The translations under genes were made by a program, and so were the position numbers. 26,521 bases of DNA, from positions 1 through 26,521 of the forward strand of contig JAHIMN010000105.1 in the NCBI GenBank assembly GCA_018896395.1. The letters run 5' to 3'. Shown piece by piece: positions 15,787-24,586 of this stretch. The notes below the pieces were generated by a model. That model was given only the letters and a program-made list of their open reading frames with translations. It did no database searches and had not been told where the DNA came from. How positions within the stretch are numbered: position 1 is the stretch's first letter; each line of letters starts with the position of its first letter. This DNA is from Verrucomicrobiota bacterium. Its GTDB lineage: Bacteria; Verrucomicrobiota; Kiritimatiellia; JAAZAB01.

Positions 15787-16931
15787 AGAAATTATTCATT
15801 GTTGAAGCAAAACGCACGCCGCAGGGACGATTGTTGGGCGCATTGGCTAAATGGTCTGCGGCTGACTTAGCCAAAGAGGCCGGGCGTGAAACGCTCAAAA
15901 CGGTTGCCCCGCAAGATATTGATCAGGTAATCATTGGCAACGTAATCTCGGCCGGTCAAGGCATGAACATTGCCAGGCAAGTTGGCGTGGGGTTGGGTAT
16001 TCCCGTGGAACGACCTGCTTATACGGTCAACATGATATGTGCATCAGGAATGCAGGCTGTAATCCTGGCGGGACAAGCCATCCTGGCGGGTGAAGCAAAT
16101 GCTATTCTATGCGGCGGCACAGAATCAATGTCCAGGGCGCCCTATTTGCTGGACCGGGCCAGGGGCGGATATAAACTGGGCGATGGCGTGCTGACGGATT
16201 CAATTCTACGCGATGGGCTGACGGACGTTTTCAGCGGAAAGCATATGGGCATAACCGTGGAAGCGCTGGCGGAAAAATACGCAATCAGTCGTGCTGCCCA
16301 GGACACTTTCGCCCTGCAGAGTCAACAGAAATACGCTGACGCTCAAGCCCGGAAAGTATTTCACGATGAAATTGTGCCCGTCGACAATCTCGCACAAGAT
16401 GAACATCCGCGACCGGACGTGACCATGGCAAAGCTGTCAACGCTGAAGCCGGTTTTCAAGCCCAATGGCACCATTACCCCCGGTAACGCTTCCGGTATCA
16501 ATGATGGCGCCGCCATGCTGGTGGTCTGCAGTGAAACCATGATGGTTCAGAAAGGCTGGATGCCTTTGGCCCGAATTGCCGGATGGAGCGTAGTGGGATG
16601 CGACCCCGATCAAATGGGCCTGGGGCCCGTCTATGCCACCCGCGCATTGTGCCAACGACTCGGTTTGACCGTTGCTGATTTTGATGGCATTGAACTTAAC
16701 GAGGCGTTTGCCGCTCAAACGCTTGCCTGCATAAAAGAACTCAACATTAAGGCCGATCGTGTGAATCCAAACGGCGGTGCCATTGCGTTGGGCCATCCGA
16801 TTGGAGCTTCCGGGGCCAGACTCCTCGTCCATCTGGCACACCGAATCGCCCGCCGGGAAATCGGAAAAGCCTTAGCAACACTTTGTGTTGGCGGGGGAAT
16901 GGGTTCCGCTGTTATGCTCGAAAAGGTATAA
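15783..16931 (+). CDS. Acetyl-CoA C-acyltransferase (thiolase)
   Basis: NMICASG (Cys), NEAFA, GHPIGASG (His), LCVGGG (Cys). Confidence 0.95.
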   Translation: MKKLFIVEAKRTPQGRLLGALAKWSAADLAKEAGRETLKTVAPQDIDQVIIGNVISAGQGMNIARQVGVGLGIPVERPAYTVNMICASGMQAVILAGQAILAGEANAILCGGTESMSRAPYLLDRARGGYKLGDGVLTDSILRDGLTDVFSGKHMGITVEALAEKYAISRAAQDTFALQSQQKYADAQARKVFHDEIVPVDNLAQDEHPRPDVTMAKLSTLKPVFKPNGTITPGNASGINDGAAMLVVCSETMMVQKGWMPLARIAGWSVVGCDPDQMGLGPVYATRALCQRLGLTVADFDGIELNEAFAAQTLACIKELNIKADRVNPNGGAIALGHPIGASGARLLVHLAHRIARREIGKALATLCVGGGMGSAVMLEKV

Positions 16932-17062
16932 TCCGAACAACAACGCATCGGCAACTTAGATATCGGCCGGTATCCTTCGTTTTGCCACAGATCAGCCCAC
17001 ATATTTCGTGGCGCAACCCAAATTGCGGCTCAATACACGCGGTGAGTAGTTGTCATCTTTGT

Positions 17063-17839
17063 TTATGCCCCATGCACGGCGGTGGCCAGTTCGCGCACCA
17101 GCGCAGCCAGCCGGCCTTTGCGGGCCGCCTCCACCAGCGCACTGCCGACCACGGCGGCATCGGCATGCCGGACCGCTTCGCGCGCCTGGGCGCCGTCACT
17201 GATGCCGAACCCGGCGGCGATGGGCAAATCCGTGCACGTCCGGAGTTGGCTAATCTGCTTCTTGGCGTCCGCCACCAAGCGATCCCGCTTGCCAGTTACA
17301 CCTTTCACCAGAATATAATACACGAACCCGTCCGCTTCCGCCAGCAGTCTCCGGGCCCGTTCAGGCGAGGTGGTCGGCGCAATGAGCTGAATAAACAACA
17401 GCCCGTGGCGTTTCATCGGCGCGCGCAGTTCGGCCGATTCTTCGAACGGCAAATCCACCACAAGCAGGCCGTCAATCCCCGCCCGCGCCGCGTCCCGACA
17501 CAAGGCATCATACCCGTACCGGAACAGCGGATTGGCATAACTGAACAGGATCATTGGGGTCTTAAACGAGCGGCGCAGGCGCGCGGCCAAGGCCAGAATC
17601 TGTTTCAGGTTCACGCCGGACACCAGGGCGCGCTGGCCCGCGGCCTGGATGGCGGGCCCGTCGGCCGTCGGATCGGAAAACGGCACGCCGAGCTCCAGAA
17701 TGTCCAGCCCGTTGACCAGCGCCGCGCGGATGTTCCGCTCCGATGTTTTTAAATCCGGGTCCCCCACCGTCAGGTATCCGATCAGCGCCTTGCGGCCCTG
17801 CGTTCGTAGTGTTTGAAATGTTTTTATGATTCGGTTCAC
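17063..17839 (-). CDS. trpA: Tryptophan synthase alpha chain
   Basis: LELGVPFSDPTADGPAIQ, VVDLP, LIAPTT, GVTG, GFGI, VVGSA. Start GTG 17839 with SD GAGG; the longer ORF-track start is rejected. Confidence 0.95.
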   Translation of the reverse strand: MNRIIKTFQTLRTQGRKALIGYLTVGDPDLKTSERNIRAALVNGLDILELGVPFSDPTADGPAIQAAGQRALVSGVNLKQILALAARLRRSFKTPMILFSYANPLFRYGYDALCRDAARAGIDGLLVVDLPFEESAELRAPMKRHGLLFIQLIAPTTSPERARRLLAEADGFVYYILVKGVTGKRDRLVADAKKQISQLRTCTDLPIAAGFGISDGAQAREAVRHADAAVVGSALVEAARKGRLAALVRELATAVHGA

Positions 17840-17849
17840 GGTAATGGCC

Positions 17850-19049
17850 TCAATGTTTCCTGTGTTTTTGTTTATACGAAACAATGTTGTCCAGGTCCTT
17901 GTCGCCGCGGCCGGACAGGTTGATGACAATGGCGGCTTTCCGTCCCAACACGCGTGCGCGTTTTTTGGCTTCTGCCAGGGCGTGGCTCGATTCCAGCGCC
18001 GGTAGAATTCCTTCCAGGCGGGTGAGCTCATCAAATGCCCGCAGAGCTTCGACATCGGTGATGGAACAATATTCAACCCGAGCGGTGTCGGCCCAGTGCG
18101 CATGTTGTGGTCCGACGCCGGGGTAATCCAGACCGGCGCTGACCGAGTGCGCGTTCTGCACCTGGCCGTCGCTATCCTGGAGCAAATAACTTTTGGAGCC
18201 GTGCAGGATACCGATACGGCCTGCCCCGATGCTGGCCGCGTGTTTGCCGGTGCGGATGCCGAAGCCCGCGGCCTCGACGCCGACCAGCCGAACCCTTGTC
18301 TCGTTCAGGAAGGCCGAAAAAATTCCGGCCGCATTACTGCCGCCGCCCACGCAGGCAATAACCATATCCGGCAGGCGTCCGGTTTTTTCAAGTATTTGCG
18401 CGCGGGTTTCCGTGCCGATCACGCTTTGAAAAGTCCGAACCATGCTGGGGTAGGGATGCGGGCCGGCCACGGAGCCGATAACGTAAAATGTATCGTCCAC
18501 GCGCGCAACCCAGGCGCGCATGGCCTCGCTCATGGCGTCTTTGAGGGTGGCCGTGCCGCTATGCACGGGATGAATCTTGGCGCCGAGAAACTGCATGCGC
18601 TGAACGTTGGGTGCCTGGCGCCGGATGTCTTCATCGCCCATGAACACTTCGCATTCCATCCCGAACAGGGCCGCCGCCGTGGCGGTGGCCACGCCGTGCT
18701 GGCCGGCACCCGTTTCGGCCATGAGGCGCGTTTTGCCCATGCGGCGGGCCAGCAGGGCCTGGCCGATCGTGTTGTTGATCTTGTGGGCGCCGGTATGGTT
18801 CAGGTCCTCGCGCTTGAGGTAAAGGCGCGCGCCGCCATAGGCTTTCGTCAGGCGCTCGGCCAAATAAAGCGGCGAAGGCCGCCCCACGTAATCCCGGAGG
18901 ATAGCATAAAACAACTTGTTAAATACCGGATCTTTCACCGCCTCCCGATAAGCCTGCTCCAGCTCGATGAGGGCCGGCATCAGTGTCTCGGCCACATAGC
19001 GTCCGCCATAGGGACCAAAATGGCCCCGGGCATCAGGTTCGTGTTTCAT
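17850..19049 (-). CDS. trpB: Tryptophan synthase beta chain
   Basis: [23 protein letters not shown] (PLP Lys), [30 protein letters not shown]. Start at ATG 19049 (or 19052) after AAGGAG. Confidence 0.97.
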   Translation of the reverse strand: MKHEPDARGHFGPYGGRYVAETLMPALIELEQAYREAVKDPVFNKLFYAILRDYVGRPSPLYLAERLTKAYGGARLYLKREDLNHTGAHKINNTIGQALLARRMGKTRLMAETGAGQHGVATATAAALFGMECEVFMGDEDIRRQAPNVQRMQFLGAKIHPVHSGTATLKDAMSEAMRAWVARVDDTFYVIGSVAGPHPYPSMVRTFQSVIGTETRAQILEKTGRLPDMVIACVGGGSNAAGIFSAFLNETRVRLVGVEAAGFGIRTGKHAASIGAGRIGILHGSKSYLLQDSDGQVQNAHSVSAGLDYPGVGPQHAHWADTARVEYCSITDVEALRAFDELTRLEGILPALESSHALAEAKKRARVLGRKAAIVINLSGRGDKDLDNIVSYKQKHRKH

Positions 19050-19069
19050 CATGAACTCCTTGTTCAATA

Positions 19070-19209
19070 AATTCCAAGTTCCAAAATCCAAATTCCAAGG
19101 AATAGTTAAATTCTAATAAACAAAACAAATCCAACGCTTCAATTCGTTTTATTCCTTTTGCTTTAATTGATTGCGTTTCCCTGGAATTTGGAGCTTGGAA
19201 TTTGGAATT
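19070..19209. repeat. Inverted heptamer arrays (AATTCCA x4 / TGGAATT x4) flanking an AT-rich 84-nt core; empty element
   Basis: AATTCCA AGTTCCA AAATCCA AATTCCA (19070-97) and TGGAATT TGGAGCT TGGAATT TGGAATT (19182-209). Confidence 0.9.
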
Positions 19210-19264
19210 TTATGGGTGCGGTCATTTTTGATGTTTTCTTGTTTTTATCCACGGTTCTGAATGG

Positions 19265-19897
19265 TTAAGATGCTGCCCGGGCTTCTTTCGCGGCTTGGAT
19301 GAAGGCCGCCACTTTGCGATGATCTTTTTTACCCGGTGCCTTTTCCACGCCGCTGGCCGTGTCCACACCCAGCGGGGCGACGATGCGAATCGCTTGGGCG
19401 ACATTGTTCGGGGTCAGGCCTCCGGCCAGCATCAGCGGCGCCTGGCGGGCCAGTTTGGCCGCTTTTGCCCAGTCTGCTGTCCGGCCGGTCCCTCCATATC
19501 GGCCCGGGACGGTGGCGTCCAGCACATAACGTGTCGTCGGCCATTGGTCCGGCACGGGGTCAAGTTTACCGTGACGCAGCCGCACGGCGCGCCAGACCGG
19601 AACCGGCATGTCGATCCAATCGGCCAAGCGCTCATTACCATGGAGTTGAACGGCATGCAAGCGGCAATCGCGCACCAGCATTTCCACAAGTTCGCGGGGA
19701 GCATTCACGAAGACGGCAATGGCCCGCGCGCCGGCCGGGAGCCGATCCAGCAGGCGGCGCAAGGCGCCGGGCGTGATGCGGCGGGGGGATCGTTCGTACA
19801 GCACAAATCCCAGGTAATCCGCCCCCGCGTCCAGCGCCATGCGGGCGTCCGGCAGATTGGTCAATCCGCAAATTTTGATTTCGGTTGTTCGGCGCAT
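19265..19897 (-). CDS. trpF: Phosphoribosylanthranilate isomerase
   Basis: IKICGLT, GFVLYERSPR, VQLHGNE, GGTG, LAGGLTPNNV, GVDTASGVE. Confidence 0.95.
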   Translation of the reverse strand: MRRTTEIKICGLTNLPDARMALDAGADYLGFVLYERSPRRITPGALRRLLDRLPAGARAIAVFVNAPRELVEMLVRDCRLHAVQLHGNERLADWIDMPVPVWRAVRLRHGKLDPVPDQWPTTRYVLDATVPGRYGGTGRTADWAKAAKLARQAPLMLAGGLTPNNVAQAIRIVAPLGVDTASGVEKAPGKKDHRKVAAFIQAAKEARAAS

Positions 19898-19901
19898 AGC
19901 G

Positions 19902-20696
19902 TTAGCTGCCTAATAACTCGCGCAAGGTTGCGGCCATGTTGTCCGACTTCATGAGCGTTTCGCCGATTAAAAATCCACTGTATCCACGTGCCTGCAGGTC
20001 CTCAATGTCGTGCCGGCTTTTTATGCCGCTTTCGGCGATCGCCAGGCGTCCTGGTGGAATCAGGGGCGCCAGATCCCGGGCTTGCTCCAGGTCGGTTTTC
20101 AGCGTATTCAGATCCCGGTTGTTGATGCCTATGATGGCCTGGTCGAGCGGGAGGACGCGGTCCATCTCATCCCGCGTATGCACCTCCACGATCACATCCA
20201 GCCCAATGGCCAGTGCAATGATATAAAGTTCGTTCAATAAATGGTCTTCCAGGCCCGCCGCAATCAGCAGGATGACGTCCGCGCCCAGTGCCCGCGTCTC
20301 AAAGACCTGGTAAGGATCGGACACAAAGTCCTTGCGCAATATCGGCAGATTCACTGCCTGGCGGACCTGTTTCAGGTCCTCATCCCGGCCGAGAAAATGC
20401 CGGGGCTCCGTCAGCACCGAAACACCGACCGCTCCCGCCTGTTGATAAGTCCTGGCCACTGCCGCCGGATCATATGATTTGCACAGCAGGCCTGCCGATG
20501 GACTCGCCTTTTTGACCTCGGCGATAATGCCCGCCTGGCGGCTGTGCGTTTCCGCACAAGTCAGCCGCTGCTTCAAGCTCCTATTCTTGGGAAGCCCCGC
20601 GACGACCCGTTCCAGGCGCTCCAGCGGCAGATACGCACTTGCCTGCCAGGCATCGTTGCGCCGCGCGGCCATGATAGATTGGAGCAAGGAGCTCAT
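19902..20696 (-). CDS. trpC: Indole-3-glycerol phosphate synthase
   Basis: IIAEVKKASPS, SVLTE, ILRKDF, GADVILLI, EVH, GINNRDL, AESGI, LIGE. Confidence 0.96.
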   Translation of the reverse strand: MSSLLQSIMAARRNDAWQASAYLPLERLERVVAGLPKNRSLKQRLTCAETHSRQAGIIAEVKKASPSAGLLCKSYDPAAVARTYQQAGAVGVSVLTEPRHFLGRDEDLKQVRQAVNLPILRKDFVSDPYQVFETRALGADVILLIAAGLEDHLLNELYIIALAIGLDVIVEVHTRDEMDRVLPLDQAIIGINNRDLNTLKTDLEQARDLAPLIPPGRLAIAESGIKSRHDIEDLQARGYSGFLIGETLMKSDNMAATLRELLGS

Positions 20697-21700
20697 GTTC
20701 GCGTGTGTTCGATCAGTGCCTGTAGCTTGGCGGCGGCCTGGCCGCTGTCTATCGAGACTTTCGCCAGTTCAAAGCCCTGCTGCAGGTCATCGGCTTTACC
20801 GCCGGCGACAATGCCGGCAGCCGCATTGAGCAGCACAATATCACGCGCGGCGCCGCTTTCGCCCGCAAGCACGCGGCGGGTGATTGCCGCGTTTTCTTTC
20901 GGGGAGCCGCCCCGCAGGGCATCCAGAGAATGATGGGCGCCGATGAGCGGGAGCGGATCCAGCTCGTAAGTGCGCAGGTGGCCGTCGCGCAGTTCCGTGA
21001 CGCGCGTCGTCGTGGTGACCGTGATTTCATCCAAACCGTCCCGGCCATGCACAATAAAGACCCGCTTACTGCCCAGGACGCGCAAGACGGCGGCGAAACT
21101 TTCGGTCAGTTCCGGCGCAAACACGCCCAGGATTTGACCGCGGGCGTTGGCCGGGTTAGTCAATGGGCCCAGCATATTAAAAATGGTGCGGACGCCCAGC
21201 TCCCGGCGCACCCCGGCAACGTGTTTCATGGCCGGATGCAGGTTGGGGGCGAACAGGAAACCGATCCCGATATCGCGGATGCATTCCTCCACGGTTTCCG
21301 ACGGTGCCTCAATATTAATACCCAGCGCAACCAGGACGTCGGCCGAGCCGCATTGACTGGTGACCGCCCGGTTGCCGTGCTTGGCCACCGGTACGCCTGC
21401 GCCGGCTACAACGAACGCGGCTGTGGTGGAAATGTTGAATGTGCCCGCGCGGTCGCCGCCCGTGCCGCAGGTGTCCACGACCGGCATACCGCCAGTGTCA
21501 ATCAGCACGGCGTGCCGCCGCATGGCGGCCGCGGCGCCGCTCAGCTCGTCCACGGATTCGCCCTTCATGCGCAGGGCGGTCAGAAACGCGCCGATCTGCG
21601 CGGGGGTAAGCTTACCCTCCATGATCTGGTCGAACACTGCGCCGGCTTCGGACGAGGCCAGGTCATGGCGGTCTATGAGTTTTTGCAGAACGTGTTGCAT
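20693..21700 (-). CDS. trpD: Anthranilate phosphoribosyltransferase
   Basis: DTCGTGGD, TFNIST, KHGNR, GSAD, RTIFNMLGPL, DGLDE. Start ATG 21700 after TAAGGA. Confidence 0.96.
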   Translation of the reverse strand: MQHVLQKLIDRHDLASSEAGAVFDQIMEGKLTPAQIGAFLTALRMKGESVDELSGAAAAMRRHAVLIDTGGMPVVDTCGTGGDRAGTFNISTTAAFVVAGAGVPVAKHGNRAVTSQCGSADVLVALGINIEAPSETVEECIRDIGIGFLFAPNLHPAMKHVAGVRRELGVRTIFNMLGPLTNPANARGQILGVFAPELTESFAAVLRVLGSKRVFIVHGRDGLDEITVTTTTRVTELRDGHLRTYELDPLPLIGAHHSLDALRGGSPKENAAITRRVLAGESGAARDIVLLNAAAGIVAGGKADDLQQGFELAKVSIDSGQAAAKLQALIEHTRT

Positions 21701-21715
21701 AGTGTCCTTATTCAA

Positions 21716-21799
21716 GTGTGGGAGTATGGGCGTACGGGCGTGTGGGGGTACGGAGAAGACTCTTAACTCCCATACATCCAAACTCCCATACACCCATAC
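21716..21799. repeat. Inverted octamer arrays (GTRYGGGN x5 / NCCCATAC x4) with a 12-nt spacer; empty element
   Basis: GTGTGGGA GTATGGGC GTACGGGC GTGTGGGG GTACGGAG, then TCCCATAC ATCCAAAC TCCCATAC ACCCATAC. Confidence 0.9.
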
Positions 21800-21853
21800 T
21801 CTTAGTCATGCTACTTCGAACACCTTCCCTGTAGTCACCAAGAAACTTGATTG

Positions 21854-22432
21854 TTAATGTTGCCCCGCGGCCAGGTCCAGAAAGTTGCGGAGCAAGTGCT
21901 TGCCGCCCGGCGTCAGGATGGATTCCGGATGAAACTGGACGCCATAGGTGGCGTGCTGGCTGTGGCGCAGGCCCATGATTTCATTGTCCTCAGTGGTGGC
22001 CTCGATCACCAGTTCCGGGGGCAGGCCTGCGCGCATAATGGCCAGGGAATGATACCGCCCGGCCACAAAGGGGTTCTTGAGCCCTTGATACAGCCCTTTG
22101 CCGGTGTGATGGATGAGCGACGTTTTGCCGTGCATAATGGCCTGAGCGCCGGCCACCCGCGCGCCAAAGGCCGCGCCAATAGCCTGGTGGCCCAGACATA
22201 CGCCCAGGATGGGAACAGTGCCGGACAGCCGGCGGATCAACGCCACGGAAATGCCGGCTTTATCGGGCGTGCAGGGGCCGGGCGAAATTACCACGGCCTG
22301 CGGGCGCAAAGTGACCACGGCATCCACCGTGACGGCATCGTTGCGGAATACCTGGATTGAGGCGCCCAAGGTGCCGAGCGCATGCACCAGGTTGTAGGTG
22401 AACGAATCGTAATTATCAATTAGAATAATCAT
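21854..22432 (-). CDS. trpG: Anthranilate synthase component II (glutamine amidotransferase)
   Basis: IDNYDSFTYNL, SPGP, GVCLGHQ, RYHSL, VQFHPES; operon context. Confidence 0.93.
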   Translation of the reverse strand: MIILIDNYDSFTYNLVHALGTLGASIQVFRNDAVTVDAVVTLRPQAVVISPGPCTPDKAGISVALIRRLSGTVPILGVCLGHQAIGAAFGARVAGAQAIMHGKTSLIHHTGKGLYQGLKNPFVAGRYHSLAIMRAGLPPELVIEATTEDNEIMGLRHSQHATYGVQFHPESILTPGGKHLLRNFLDLAAGQH

Positions 22433-22893
22433 GAGGAATGGTCAATGGTTAATGGTTGATGGTCAATGGAAGAAGCTGGCGAAGCGTTCGCGGGTTTGGA
22501 TTTTCCATGTAATTGGATTTTTCGTTCAATGCTTGTAATTAAATTACCCAGCTGATGAAGAGCATCTTCATATCCAGAGAAAAGTGTTTCGTCGCCGGCT
22601 GTCAATAGATGCGTGTCTTTGGCATAGTTAAGATGCATAAATGTTTCACGCGCTTCGCGGCGGCAGCGATGCAAAGATTGTAAATATTCCGTGCTGTATT
22701 GAGAATAAAAGCCCTCGGTCATGTTGGCGCACACCGATTCCGATGCCCTTAATAATTGGCTTCGTAGCCATTTAAAATCGGACCGGAATGGGCGGCTCAT
22801 CGTTTCGATCTTCAACGCCAGTTCATAAAACAAGCGATAAACCGGCATATCTTCAACATTTTCGATGTGTTTCTTTTCCATGCTGCGCCTCAT
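22429..22893 (-). CDS. Four-helix bundle protein (TIGR02436 / 23S rRNA IVS protein family)
   Basis: EDMPVY...SQLLRASESVCANMTEG...EY..L matches the family pattern Q..RA..S...N..EG. Alternative start ATG 22881. Confidence 0.85.
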   Translation of the reverse strand: MRRSMEKKHIENVEDMPVYRLFYELALKIETMSRPFRSDFKWLRSQLLRASESVCANMTEGFYSQYSTEYLQSLHRCRREARETFMHLNYAKDTHLLTAGDETLFSGYEDALHQLGNLITSIERKIQLHGKSKPANASPASSIDHQPLTIDHSS

Positions 22894-22963
22894 CGCTCAT
22901 CACGCATTCTTGTCTCCTCTTTCATCACCCATTGACCATCACCCATTGACCATCAACCATTCT
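22436..22963. mobile_element. Putative cassette: four-helix bundle gene bounded by inverted heptamer arrays (AATGGTY / RACCATT)
   Basis: Left AATGGTC AATGGTT AATGGTT GATGGTC AATGGAA (22437-71); right TCATCAC CCATTGA CCATCAC CCATTGA CCATCAA CCATTCT (22922-63); outer ends GAATGG/CCATTC. Mobility is inferred. Confidence 0.6.
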
Positions 22964-24473
22964 TTAGTTGGAGTCCGTTGGCAGCCAGGGCCACCGCGTT
23001 TTGCATGCCGCGCGCCTTGTGACCGGTCTCCTCAAATTCCTTTTGCGGGTCGGAATTGTAGACGATGCCGGCGCCGGCCTGGATGGCGATGGTGCCGCCG
23101 GCGATTTCCAGGGTGCGGATCGTGATGGCAAAATCCATGCTGCCGTCATAGCTGATTTAGCCCAGCGCGCCGCCGTAGGCTCCGCGTGGTTCGCTCTCCA
23201 GTTCGTGGATGATTTCCATGGCGCGAATTTTGGGCGCGCCCGAGAGTGTGCCGGCGGGAAAAGTGGCGCGGATAACATCGGCGGCATCACAACCCTTGCG
23301 CAGGATGGCTTCCACATGCGAGACAATATGCATGACGTGGCTGTAGCGTTCGATCGTCATGTAGTCGCGCACCTGCACGCTGCCGGTTTCCGCCACGCGC
23401 CCAAGATCGTTACGGCCCAGGTCCACCAGCATGATGTGCTCGGCTTTTTCCTTGTCGTCGGAGAGCAGGTCATCGGCCAGTTGGCGGTCCTGCTGTTCGG
23501 TGGCGCCGCGCGGGCGCGTGCCGGCGATGGGCCGCAGTTCCACGCGGTTGCCCGTGAGCCGCACCATGATTTCCGGCGAAGAGCCCACCAGGGCCTGGTC
23601 GCCGATCTTGAGAAAATACAGGTAGGGCGAGGGGTTCAGCAGGCGCAGGGCGCGGTACAGCTGGAAGGGCGGCACCTCCGAGCGGGCACTGAACCGCTGA
23701 CTCAGGACCGCCTGAATGATATCCCCGGCCACAATGTAATCCTTGGCCTTGCGGACGATTGCCTGGTACTGGGCGCTCGTCATGTTGGAGGTGAACGTCA
23801 CCGGCGGATAGACGCGATTTTCGACGCGCGGCGCCGGTTGTTGGAGGATCGTCTCGATGGCGGCAATTTTCCGGCAGGCGGCCTCATAGACCTCCGTTGG
23901 TGTGGCGGCACTCGCGGGACGCGAGCAGACAATGACCTTGATCGTGTGGCGCAGGTTGTCGAACACGATCAGGTTATCCACTTTCAGGAAGCGGCTGATC
24001 GGCCGGCCCCCGCCACGAACCGGCTTGGGTGCCGGCAGGCGTTCGAACTCGCGGATGGCCTCGTAGCCAATGTAACCCACGGCTCCGCCGAAAAAGCGGG
24101 GCAGACCCGGCATGGTGGCCGCGCGCACGCCCTGGTACACGGGCCGCAGGCGCCGGAGCAATTGCGGGTCCGTGACGCCAGGCTCCGCCGGAGCACTCCC
24201 TGCTCCGCCAGAGCGCTGCGCGGGGGCGAGTCGCCCAGGCGAGTCGGTGTGTTCGATTTCGAACAAAAGCTCGGGCTCGACGCCGATGAAGGAATAGCGG
24301 CCCCAGGTTTCACCGCCCTCGATACTTTCGAGCAGGAACACGTTCGGGTTATCCGCAAAGCGCCGGAGCACGGAAACCGGCGTTTCGAGATCGGCCAGCA
24401 CTTCCTTGCAGACCGGGATCAGGTCATATTCCCTGGCCAGCGCGAGGTAGTCCTGTAGGGTTGTGTGTTGCAT
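22953..24473 (-). pseudogene. trpE: Anthranilate synthase component I with one in-frame TAA at 23157-23159 (nonsense mutation or sequencing error)
   Basis: GRYSFIG, GDIIQAVLS, NPSPY, GSSPE, PIAGT, EHIMLVDLGRND, PAGTLSGAPK. Reading continues in the same frame: YGGALG*ISYDGSMDFAITIRT...QAGAGIV (506 aa if read through). Confidence 0.9.
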
Positions 24474-24481
24474 GGTGTTTC

Positions 24482-24510
24482 TATATATAGAAACATCGGG
24501 GCGCTGTCAA
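24482..24510 (-). promoter_or_regulatory. Putative sigma70 promoter of the trp operon
   Basis: TTGACA-N17-TATATA on the minus strand, -10 ending 8 nt before the trpE ATG; no SD. Confidence 0.5.
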
Positions 24511-24548
24511 TAGAAAAAATAAACTTTTTTTGCTCGCGCGTTTTTCAA

Positions 24549-24576
24549 TTGCACCGCCGGCGGACGATTCTATACT
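24549..24576 (+). promoter_or_regulatory. Putative sigma70 promoter of yggU
   Basis: TTGCAC-N16-TATACT, 10 nt before ATG 24587. Confidence 0.5.
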
Positions 24577-24586
24577 GGCCTGCGCC

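Noticed and set aside
17840-21793. Longer ORF-track starts for trpA (18103), trpB (19091) and trpD (21793); likewise the kinase (8064) and NtrC-like gene (4230)
   Set aside because: The extensions overlap neighbouring genes or repeat arrays and lack homology; downstream starts have SD sites or match family N-termini.
22429-22893. Diversity-generating retroelement (four-helix bundle as Avd)
   Set aside because: No reverse transcriptase and no TR/VR pair differing at adenines are present in the window.
23157-23159. TAA stop-codon reassignment or programmed read-through linked to prfA/prmC
   Set aside because: Many intact genes here end in TAA (cvpA, SDR-operon thiolase, trpF, trpC, trpG) and only one gene is interrupted; a point change is simpler.
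24474-24586. trpL leader peptide, T-box or TrpR operator upstream of trpE
   Set aside because: The divergent gap is only 113 bp, with no Trp-rich ORF, terminator/antiterminator pair or CTAG-type TrpR box.
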